From contig MNWK01000024.1 in assembly GCA_001872485.1 (NCBI GenBank), positions 1 to 42,147 on the forward strand: DNA of 42,147 bases, given 5' to 3'. Made by a program: the position numbers and the translations under genes. Positions 25,226-33,076 of this stretch are shown piece by piece. This DNA is from Parcubacteria group bacterium CG1_02_44_31. GTDB taxonomy: Bacteria; Patescibacteriota; Minisyncoccia; UBA6257; Brennerbacteraceae. Each line of letters starts with the position of its first letter. Position 1 is the first letter of the stretch. The notes beneath the pieces were generated by a model. That model saw only the letters and a list, made by a program, of their open reading frames with translations, made no database searches and was not told where the DNA came from.

Positions 25226-25564
25226 TGGGCTTTAGCAAAATTCTCTTTTCTTATTCTATTTTTGTCCCTCACACCAGAGGACCATAGGCTGTGCTTATGC
25301 TTGCACGCCGAAGTGCATTTTAACAACGTAGGCCTGCCTGCGGTAGGCAGGCGTGCCTGCACACTGAAGTGCATTTCGGCACGCAGGCGTGGATGAATGA
25401 CGTTTCGGGATGTCGCCCGTGAGGCTCCACTTTCCCTATTTTGAATTGAGGTGACATTTTTCTGCAAGCAAAGGGCTGCGCCAATTGGGGCGGCCATTTG
25501 CTTTATTCAAGGGTTTACCACGTAGTAGATTTTCAACATAATACATCAACTATATTGTTTATTA

Positions 25565-28500
25565 TTATTTATTGATTCCAATCCACAGTTTTTCTTTGCC
25601 ATCGGCCATTTCAGTTTCATACGCAACTTGATGTTTCTCAAAAATGACTTCTCGTGCTTTTGTTTCTTTTTTAAGCAATTCTACGTACTGTTTTAAAAAC
25701 GCAAACGCACCCAACGCATCGTAGTACAACGTAATCGTATCCTGCGGCAAAAGCCCCATTGCCTGCCTGCCTTCTTGAACAGTTCGTACGAGCTCACGCA
25801 CAATGCCTTCTTGCTTTAACTGCTCCGTGATTTCCGTATCAAGCCCAATTGCGCTGTCTCCTTGACTATCAACGACACATGATGATTTTTCAGAAATACG
25901 GTTAACAAATCGTATTGTTTTTACATTCACTTCATCAGCCAAAATCGCGCACAACTCTTCAGACAATGCTTGTTTTTGCGCAATTTCCACAACACCCAAT
26001 GGTTGACGCACTTTAATCACAGCTTTTGCGCGAAGCGCCAAAATGCGCTCCGCAAGCGCGCGAATTATTTTCATATGATCAAGAATTGGAGCAGAACCGT
26101 TTATGTTTTCAGGTGGTTCGGCTCCGCTCTTCATAAGTGCGGGCCAGGATGCCATATGCACGCTTTCCGGAATCTGGTTTTGGTCTTGCAAACGTCTTCG
26201 AATTTCCTGCCATATGTGTTCTGCCAAAAACGGAACAAATGGAGAAAACATAATTACAAAATCAAGCATCATGCGCGCGCAAAACGCAGACACGTTCATG
26301 AGTTCATCGGCATTTTCCGGCTTTTGAAATCTGCGGCGCGACCTGCGAATATACCAACGTGACAAATCATCAATGAATTCCTGCAATGCCCTGCTTGCTT
26401 CATATACACGATACGCATCCATATGGTTTTTGACAGTTGTTGAAAGCAATGCCATACGCGCATTCATCCATTGGTCCATAACTTCCGTTGCTTGTGCTTT
26501 TGCCATATCTACCTTTTGGGGCGCGTACGTTTGCCAAAACTTCAAAACATTCAGTATGGTCATTAAATCCTGATGCGCGCGGCCTTTCATGTCTTTTTCG
26601 GAAAAACGCTTATACTCTCCAGGGTCGTTTAACGTGTAAAAATACCAACGCAATGCGTCAGCGCCGTATGTGTTAAATATTTTCCATGGATTTATGATAT
26701 TGCCTTTGGATTTGGACATTTTTTCTCCATGCTCATCCATAACATGCCCCATGGAAATAACATTCAAAAACGCAGGACCAACGTCAAGCAAGGTACTGAT
26801 AGCCAAAAGCGTATAAAACCATCCGCGCGTCTGGTCAATCGCCTCGGAAATGTATTGTGCAGGAAACGGCAATTTGTTTCCCATAAGCTTTGCATACGCA
26901 ACTGGTTCGGCTCCGCTCACCACAAGTGGTTCGGCTCCGCTCACCACAAGTGGTTCGGCTCCGCTCACCACAAGCATATTCGGGTCCTGACCAAGTTCAA
27001 TCTGTTCAAACGGGAAATGGAATTGCGCAAACGGCATTGCGCCAGAATCAAACCAACAATCAATCACATCCGTGACGCGATGCATAAGGGCTCCGCATAC
27101 AGGGCATGCGCATACAACCGCATCCACAAACGGGCGGTGCAAATCAACTTCACCTTGGTCGTTATACGGAAAATTTGGCGAGGTGAACTTTTTCATTCCT
27201 GCCAATGCGAATCCGTCTATTTGCCATGTCTGGCTAAGCGAGTGCGTAACAAGTTTTGATTCCAAAAGCCACAACGGGTCTCCGTGGCTGATAATCGCAA
27301 TGGTCTTGCCATGATATTTCGCATCGTACTCGCGTACAACCGCAAGCATCCGTATTTGCACGTCTGATAAACTTTCTCCATTTTCAGGTTTTTTTGAAAA
27401 CAGCGCATCCAAAGATTCTGTTTTTGTCGCATGATAAAATGCGTCGTATTCGGATTCGGGTTGATACGCATATATGCCGCAATTAATTTCGCGCAACCGT
27501 TCATCATATAAAAGTTCTGCATTGGGAAATTGCTTATGTAAAATCTCTGCTGTTTGCCTGGTACGCGCCAAATCCGAACTGATAATCATATCAATATGCG
27601 TATCCCTCATAGATTCGGCAAGCAGCCGCACTTCTTGAATTCCTTTCTTGGTCAGGATGCTGACCATATTTTCTTTTTCTGGCCATGGAGCCAAATACTT
27701 TTCCACATTGGACCGGGACTCGCCATGCCGAATCAACACATACGTATTCGGTTGATACGCATTGCGCGATAAATCCTGAAGCGACCCTATTGCAAGTTTG
27801 TGCGTAGGATTGCGGTCGCACACCCATATCGGAAGCGGCGTTCCCCAATACCGCTCGCGGGAAATCGCCCAATCCTTCACATCCTTCAGCCACTCGCCGA
27901 ACCTGCCTTGTTTGAGATGCTCGGGCACCCAATGAATCAATTCGTTATTTTGAATCAAGCGGTCTTTCAAAACACTCATGCGAATAAACCATGATTGATG
28001 CGCATAATACAACAAGGGTTCATGGCACCGCCAGCAAAACGGATAGGTATGCGTAATAGTTTCGGTTTTATACAGCACGCCATTGTCTTTGAGCCATTGA
28101 CGAATGGCCGGGTCTGATTTTTTCGCGGGCTGATTAGCCCATAACGCAACATCCGAAATGAAATTGCCTTGCGCGTCCACCGTGTGGTATTCGGGCAATG
28201 CATAGCGTTTACCCAAATCATAATCATCAATACCGTACATAACAGCAGTGTGCACGATACCTGTTCCTTCTGTTGCAGTGGCAAAACTCGCTGGCAAAAC
28301 TTGAAATGCGTTTTCAATATTTTTCGGATTCGCGTTTTTGATATACGGAAACATCGGCTCGTACCGCATACCAACCAAATCAGAACCGCGCGATTCCCGG
28401 ATAATCTCATACTCATCCTGCAACACCTGTATACGGTCTTTGGCAATAATGTATGTCGTGCCATCTGTGGTGAGCGGAGTCGAACCGCCTGTGGTGAGCG

Positions 28501-29284
28501 GAGTCGAACCACTATTTTTTTGCTTGAGCCATACATACGCAATATCAGGATGAACCGCCAACGCCACATTTCCAGGCAAAGTCCATGGAGTTGTGGTCCA
28601 AACCATAAAATACGTGTCAGGGTGTTTGCTATCCGCTACTTTGAATTTCACATACACGGATTCTTCTTGCGCATCCTCGTACCCTTGCGCAACTTCATGC
28701 GACGAGAGCACAGTCCCGCATCTGGTGCAATACGGAACGACTTTGTAATCCTGCTGGAGTAATCCTTTATCCCATGCTTTTTTCAAAATCCACCACAGCG
28801 ATTCCATATATGACGCGTCATAGGTAATATACGGATGCTCCAAATCCAACCAATATCCGATGCGTTCGGTAAACTTATCCCATTCTTGTTTAAACCGCCA
28901 CACGGATTGTTTGCATTTTGCGTTAAATGCAGCAATGCCGAATTGTTCAATGTCAGCTTTTGTTTTCGTTTTGATTTCCTTTTCAATTTGAAGTTCAACC
29001 GGAAGCCCGTGCGTATCCCAGCCCGCTTTGCGCAACACATTATATCCTTGCAAGGTTTTATACCTGCACACAACATCCTTAAATACGCGCGCAATCACAT
29101 GATGCAGCCCGGGACCTGCGTTCGCGGTCGGAGGACCTTCAAAAAACACGAATTGCGGACGATCGGTTTGCGCGTTCACACGCTCAAATATCCGTTGTTT
29201 CTTCCAAAAATCCAAAATACGCTGTTCCAAATCCGGAAACGGCGAGGTTTTGTCTTGGTGCGTGTTTTCTTTTTTCATACGCAT
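25565..29284 (-). CDS. ileS: Isoleucyl-tRNA synthetase with an inserted histidine-phosphatase domain and in-frame repeat insertions
   Basis: It has FFEGPPTANAGPGLHHV (HIGH), the editing domain TTTPWTLPGN, WAISRERYWGTPLPIW, DCWFDSGAMP, DQTRGWFY and KMSKSKGN. The ORF-track start is 29329. The canonical N-terminus (MRMKKENTHQDKTSPFPDLEQRILDFW) starts at the ATG at 29284 or 29278, which avoids overlap with argS. Confidence 0.95.
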   Translation of the reverse strand: MRMKKENTHQDKTSPFPDLEQRILDFWKKQRIFERVNAQTDRPQFVFFEGPPTANAGPGLHHVIARVFKDVVCRYKTLQGYNVLRKAGWDTHGLPVELQIEKEIKTKTKADIEQFGIAAFNAKCKQSVWRFKQEWDKFTERIGYWLDLEHPYITYDASYMESLWWILKKAWDKGLLQQDYKVVPYCTRCGTVLSSHEVAQGYEDAQEESVYVKFKVADSKHPDTYFMVWTTTPWTLPGNVALAVHPDIAYVWLKQKNSGSTPLTTGGSTPLTTDGTTYIIAKDRIQVLQDEYEIIRESRGSDLVGMRYEPMFPYIKNANPKNIENAFQVLPASFATATEGTGIVHTAVMYGIDDYDLGKRYALPEYHTVDAQGNFISDVALWANQPAKKSDPAIRQWLKDNGVLYKTETITHTYPFCWRCHEPLLYYAHQSWFIRMSVLKDRLIQNNELIHWVPEHLKQGRFGEWLKDVKDWAISRERYWGTPLPIWVCDRNPTHKLAIGSLQDLSRNAYQPNTYVLIRHGESRSNVEKYLAPWPEKENMVSILTKKGIQEVRLLAESMRDTHIDMIISSDLARTRQTAEILHKQFPNAELLYDERLREINCGIYAYQPESEYDAFYHATKTESLDALFSKKPENGESLSDVQIRMLAVVREYDAKYHGKTIAIISHGDPLWLLESKLVTHSLSQTWQIDGFALAGMKKFTSPNFPYNDQGEVDLHRPFVDAVVCACPVCGALMHRVTDVIDCWFDSGAMPFAQFHFPFEQIELGQDPNMLVVSGAEPLVVSGAEPLVVSGAEPVAYAKLMGNKLPFPAQYISEAIDQTRGWFYTLLAISTLLDVGPAFLNVISMGHVMDEHGEKMSKSKGNIINPWKIFNTYGADALRWYFYTLNDPGEYKRFSEKDMKGRAHQDLMTILNVLKFWQTYAPQKVDMAKAQATEVMDQWMNARMALLSTTVKNHMDAYRVYEASRALQEFIDDLSRWYIRRSRRRFQKPENADELMNVSAFCARMMLDFVIMFSPFVPFLAEHIWQEIRRRLQDQNQIPESVHMASWPALMKSGAEPPENINGSAPILDHMKIIRALAERILALRAKAVIKVRQPLGVVEIAQKQALSEELCAILADEVNVKTIRFVNRISEKSSCVVDSQGDSAIGLDTEITEQLKQEGIVRELVRTVQEGRQAMGLLPQDTITLYYDALGAFAFLKQYVELLKKETKAREVIFEKHQVAYETEMADGKEKLWIGINK
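27185..27748 (-). other. Histidine-phosphatase (PGAM/branch-1) domain embedded in IleS (about aa 528-715 of the long ORF)
   Basis: The motifs are YVLIRHGESRSN (RHG motif), ISSDLARTRQTAEIL, DERLREINCGIY and IAIISHGDPL (second catalytic His). The domain is inserted between IGSLQDL and DLHRPFVD, which are contiguous in canonical type-2 IleS. Confidence 0.8.
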
Positions 29285-29306
29285 GATTTTCAGTATAATG
29301 GATTTA

Positions 29307-31016
29307 TTACATACGAGATAATACGCCAATACCCAACAATCCCAATCCCATTTTGATAACTGTCATTGCCTGCGCAACTAATTTTAATCTGACGCTTTGA
29401 ACTACGGGACCTGCATGAACAACATGATGCGTTTCGTACCATGCATTGACCATTGTGGCAACCTCGTACACATAGTTCGCAATATAATTGGGCGCGTATT
29501 CTTGAGACGCCTGAAGCACGACATCATGGAATTGAATCAATTTTTTCAGCAACACATTCTCTGCGTCATCAAACAATGCGAAATCTTTTTGTGTCCATGT
29601 TGTTTTTTTCGTTTTTACTTTTGCCTTTGCCTTGGCGCAAATACTTGAAAGCCGCGCATAGGTATACTGCACATATGGCGCGCTGTTGCCCGAGAGCGAA
29701 AGCATAGCATCCCAATCAAACAAAACATCTGTGTTTCGATTTTGCGACAAATCATTATACTTGATTGCGCCAATGCCGATGACGCGCGCGATGGTTCGCA
29801 ATTGTTTTTCTGAAATAGTTGGATTTTTCTTTTTGGCAATCGTATACGCGCGTTCGCGCGCTTCAGATATCACATCGCGAAGCGATATAAAACTTCCGTG
29901 CCGCGTGGAGAACTTTTTGCCGTCAAACCCAAGCATCATGCCGAATTTGACATGCACCAAAAGCGCATGCGCGTCCAACGGATGCAAACGGTTAATCGCA
30001 AACAACTGTTCAAAATGAAGCGCTTGTTCATTTGCAACCACATACAGCACCGCATCAGGACGCCATGTTTTGCAGCGAAACGCGATAGTTCCTAAATCGC
30101 TGGTGATATACAAAAACGCTTCATCGGTTTTTTGAATAAGCGCGGGCGGGAGTTTTTCTTGGTCAAGTGGAACAATTAAAGCGCCTTGGCTTTTTTGCGC
30201 AATGCCGCTAGCGACCAAATCTTTGACAATGGAATCTGCAAGCGTTCGGTAATGGCTTTCGCCATACTGATGCTGAAACGGCACAGTTCCCAATAATGCG
30301 TATATATCCGTAAACTCGCGAATGCTTATTTTAACCAAAGCGCGCCAGATTTTCATGTTTTCCTTGTCTTTACGCTGAAGTTTGACTGTTTCTTGTTTTG
30401 CGCGTTCGGTCAGTTCCGGGTTATCTTCTTCCCCGTTCGTAAACCGCACATACAAATCCTGTATATCTTCAAGAGACAGTTGGGCAAGCGATTTTTTTGA
30501 ATATGTTCTGTACGCCGCAATTAATTTTCCAGCAAGCATGCCCCAATCCCCCACATGACTATCCGTGATAACCCTCCACCCCATATACATATATATGCGC
30601 GCAAGCGCGTCGCCGATAATCGTTGACCTGATATGAGCAATTGCAAGCGTTTTGCCAATATTGGGACTTGAATAATCAACAACAATTGTTTTCTTCTTCC
30701 TTTGCTTGATTGCGGCTTGAATATTTTCTGATGCAATGTGCGCAACCCATGCCGGATGCAAAACAAAGTTTATGTATCCGCTTTTCGCCTCAATGGCAGA
30801 AACAAACTTACAAAATCCTTTATTTGTTTCCAACTCTTTTTTTAAATCTTCGGCAAGGGCAAATGGCGAGGCACTGCGATTTTTCGCCAACACAAAAGCG
30901 ATATTCGTTGCATAATCGCCGAACTTGGAGTTTCCTGATGGGAAAACAGAAAAATCACATTCAGAAACATTGAGAATAGCTTGTAACTTCCCTTTTAAAA
31001 AGTCTGCAATAAACAT
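29307..31016 (-). CDS. argS: Arginyl-tRNA synthetase
   Basis: The 569-aa ORF has an N-terminal Arg_tRNA_synt_N-like region (FGDYATNIAF). It also has SSPNIGKTLAIAHIRSTIIGDAL (HIGH region) and a DALR anticodon-binding C-terminus. Confidence 0.9.
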   Translation of the reverse strand: MFIADFLKGKLQAILNVSECDFSVFPSGNSKFGDYATNIAFVLAKNRSASPFALAEDLKKELETNKGFCKFVSAIEAKSGYINFVLHPAWVAHIASENIQAAIKQRKKKTIVVDYSSPNIGKTLAIAHIRSTIIGDALARIYMYMGWRVITDSHVGDWGMLAGKLIAAYRTYSKKSLAQLSLEDIQDLYVRFTNGEEDNPELTERAKQETVKLQRKDKENMKIWRALVKISIREFTDIYALLGTVPFQHQYGESHYRTLADSIVKDLVASGIAQKSQGALIVPLDQEKLPPALIQKTDEAFLYITSDLGTIAFRCKTWRPDAVLYVVANEQALHFEQLFAINRLHPLDAHALLVHVKFGMMLGFDGKKFSTRHGSFISLRDVISEARERAYTIAKKKNPTISEKQLRTIARVIGIGAIKYNDLSQNRNTDVLFDWDAMLSLSGNSAPYVQYTYARLSSICAKAKAKVKTKKTTWTQKDFALFDDAENVLLKKLIQFHDVVLQASQEYAPNYIANYVYEVATMVNAWYETHHVVHAGPVVQSVRLKLVAQAMTVIKMGLGLLGIGVLSRM

Positions 31017-31292
31017 AGAGTATTTATGTATTGTACCATGTAGGTATAAAAAATCCCTTCATAACCGAAGGGCTTGCTTCTATACCATAATATCAAAACC
31101 CCCGGGTCAACACCGAATGCGAATCGCACGGATAATAATGGAGGGTTGAAATATCATATTGATATCATACAAATCAATCCAGTAAAAGTCAAATACTTGT
31201 AAGTAAAACGGCTTTGATTCATGCGTATTACTTACGTAAGTTATATAGTAAAGATTGTTACAATATATAACGATCGTAACATAATGTAACAT

Positions 31293-31455
31293 CTGATGCT
31301 GTATTTCTGACTTTATTTTATAAACAAAAAGTCCGCTAGGCCTTGTCTTCGCAAGAACTTTGTTCTTGCGAAGACTTTACTATTTGGTTACTTTTGCTAA
31401 GGCAGTCGCATTTTTCCGCCAAAGGCGGATCTGCCTCTAGCATGACACTACGGGG
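31293..31455. mobile_element. MITE/REP-like element, copy lacking a clear left terminus
   Basis: It contains tgatgctgtatttctgactttattttataaacaa, hairpin-B (31345-31375), tttactatttgg and ggcagtcgcatttttccgccaaaggcggatctgcctctagcatgacactacgggg. It is co-linear with the reverse complement of 23311-23508. Confidence 0.65.
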
Positions 31456-31459
31456 CATA

Positions 31460-31725
31460 CCATTTCTTGAATCTTAAATCTTGAATCTTGAAGCTTGGGA
31501 TTTGAATCGTGGAACTTGGAACGGTGTAAAACGAAAAGTGTAAAACGGAAAGTTAAAAATAGTTTTACATCTTACGTTTCTTTATTTTGAATTTTTCGCT
31601 TTGCATTTTACGCTTCTTTGTTTTACATCTTACGCTTACCTTTTAAGTCTTGGGTCTTGAACCTGGTGCTTGCTTAGGATTTAGTGCTTAGGATTTAGTG
31701 CTTAGGATTTAGTGCTTCCCTTTAC
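31460..31725. repeat. Low-complexity/microsatellite block including 3 x 14-nt cttaggatttagtg
   Basis: It contains cttgaatcttaaatcttgaatcttgaag. It also has gtgtaaaacg / cgttttaca-type inverted units (31523-31635) and tandem cttaggatttagtg at 31673-31714. The block is related to 9440-9690. Confidence 0.7.
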
Positions 31726-31744
31726 GCACGAGCGCAAGCGGTCA

Positions 31745-31849
31745 GGCGGGATGTTCAAAATCTACTACGGGGTAAACCCTTGTAGTGAATTTTGAACCGC
31801 TTTCAGCTTCCCGCTTTGCGGGATGTTCAAAATCTACTACGGGGTAAAC
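31745..31849. repeat. Two copies of gcgggatgttcaaaatctactacggggtaaac; the first forms a 45-nt palindrome
   Basis: gttcaaaatctactacgggg-taaa-cccttgtagtgaattttgaac occurs at 31753-31797. The second left arm is at 31825-31849. The arms are the same as the termini at 9178-9198, 9295-9314 and 25513-25538. Confidence 0.7.
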
Positions 31850-31966
31850 GCCGTGCTATACTAAAAAACTCAAGTTTGTTATTTGTTTTCAGTATCCACC
31901 CATCTAATCCGCTTTTTCGCCCTATCGGGCCGCAAACCGGAGTAAGATGGGTGTACAATTACTGAT

Positions 31967-32410
31967 ATGGCAGTATATGCTCAAAACCGAAAGGCGCGGT
32001 TTGACTACGACATATTGGAAACCTTTCAAACAGGTATTGTTTTATATGGATTTGAAGTCAAATCGGTTCGGGCAGGACGCGTAGACCTGAAAGATAGTTA
32101 CATAACTGTCAAAAACAACGAGTTATGGCTGTTGAACGCCAAGATTTACCCTTTGCAACCCAAAAACATTCCCGCAACATACCGAGAAAACCGCAGCAGA
32201 AAAATATTGGCGCATGCGGATGAGGTCAAGCGCATGATAGGAAAAATCCGCGAAGCAAGGTTGACGATTGTGCCTTTACAGATGTATAATGTAAAACGAT
32301 ACCTGAAGCTTGAGTGCGGACTTGCCAAAAGCAAACGCGCATTTGAGAAACGCGAACGTATTAAAAAAAGGGATACGGAGCGGGAAATCGAACGTTCTTT
32401 AAAAAACTAA
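31967..32410 (+). CDS. smpB: SsrA-binding protein SmpB
   Basis: The 147-aa ORF has NRKARFDYDILETFQTGIVLYGFEVKSVR and a basic C-terminal tail. Confidence 0.95.
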   Translation: MAVYAQNRKARFDYDILETFQTGIVLYGFEVKSVRAGRVDLKDSYITVKNNELWLLNAKIYPLQPKNIPATYRENRSRKILAHADEVKRMIGKIREARLTIVPLQMYNVKRYLKLECGLAKSKRAFEKRERIKKRDTEREIERSLKN

Positions 32411-32470
32411 AACTCAACCTCGAAACTTAAAATTAGGATTTATGATTTCGTCTTAGGGTTTTACTTTGTT

Positions 32471-32830
32471 GGGGATGACGTGCTTTGACATGTTTGGCAA
32501 TGCGGTATGCGAATCGAGGAATCCTGTACCCCTCGTAAAACACTCGGGAATTCAATATATGCCAATTTCGGCGTAAATTCCTTTGCTCCGGCGTTTGCTG
32601 TTGCATAAAGGCGTCCTGTTTTTGAATGCTCAGTACAAAAATATGGGCGTAACTCAACTGAGCTGCGCGAGCGTTCCTGCTTGAAGAACGCTAGCTAAGC
32701 AATACTCAAGCGCATGAAAGAAACGTTTTCTTGGTTTCGCGCCTTTCTATGAAATAAAATCAAGATGCATTCGGAGAAATATCGCATCTAACCGAGCATG
32801 GACGTGGGTTCAACTCCCACCATCTCCACC
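32471..32830 (+). ncRNA. ssrA: tmRNA (ssrA); predicted tag ANFGVNSFAPAFAVA (32561-32605, stop 32606-32608)
   Basis: The 5' GGGGATG pairs with the 3' CATCTCC (G3:U70). The 3' end GGACGTGGGTTCAACTCCCACCATCTCCACC is a tRNA-Ala-like T-arm plus acceptor. The resume codon GCC lies at about nt 91, and the tag ends in AVA-stop. The gene lies directly downstream of smpB. Confidence 0.9.
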
Positions 32831-32898
32831 GTCCTTCGTTGAAACTACGGAACGGTTTCTGTACCGTCCTTCGTTAAAACTACGGAACGGTTTCTGTA
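32829..32898 (+). repeat. 2 x 35-nt tandem repeat starting in the last nucleotides of tmRNA
   Basis: ccgtccttcgtt(g/a)aaactacggaacggtttctgta occurs twice with 1 mismatch. Each unit has a weak hairpin followed by tttct. Confidence 0.8.
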
Positions 32899-33076
32899 TA
32901 ATCAACGAATACGATTCCGTGATGACAGGTATTCCGAAGCTTTAGCGAAGGATACCCACCGGGTAGCAACCCTGCAATATGCAGGATCACTACAGAAAAG
33001 TTCTGTTGCAAAAAAATTAATTCATACAACTTCTATTTTTAGGCCTTATTTCAAGCCCAAACAAACAAAATTCCGC

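Noticed and set aside
25405-25440. RNase P RNA: the minus strand reads AGGGAAAGTGGAGCCTCAC, reminiscent of the GAGGAAAGTCCGGGCTCC CR-I motif
   Set aside because: The key GUCC of P4 is not conserved. No complementary 3' P4 strand or ACAGAA-type CR-V motif was found nearby. The structured region is too short.
25195-25497. 100-aa ORF on the minus strand in the ileS/ybaK spacer
   Set aside because: It runs through GC-rich palindromes and repeat units and has no RBS or recognisable domain. Its composition (R/S/A-rich) is typical of spurious frames in GC-rich hairpins.
27185-27748. Intein as the explanation for the extra ~190 aa in IleS
   Set aside because: There is no Cys/Ser/Thr N-terminal splice junction, no His-Asn C-terminal junction and no HINT or endonuclease block. 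The segment instead carries histidine-phosphatase motifs.
31673-31714. Possible CRISPR-like array (3 x cttaggatttagtg), and similar short tandem repeats at 14165-14213 and 9448-9530
   Set aside because: The units are directly adjacent with no unique spacers. They are only 7-14 nt long, and no cas genes are present. These are microsatellites, not CRISPR.
32899-33076. L20-responsive leader or pseudoknot upstream of infC
   Set aside because: Some short hairpins are visible (ggtattcc...ggatacc; ctgcaatatgcag). I cannot match them to the known L20 operator architecture by eye, so this is left unannotated.
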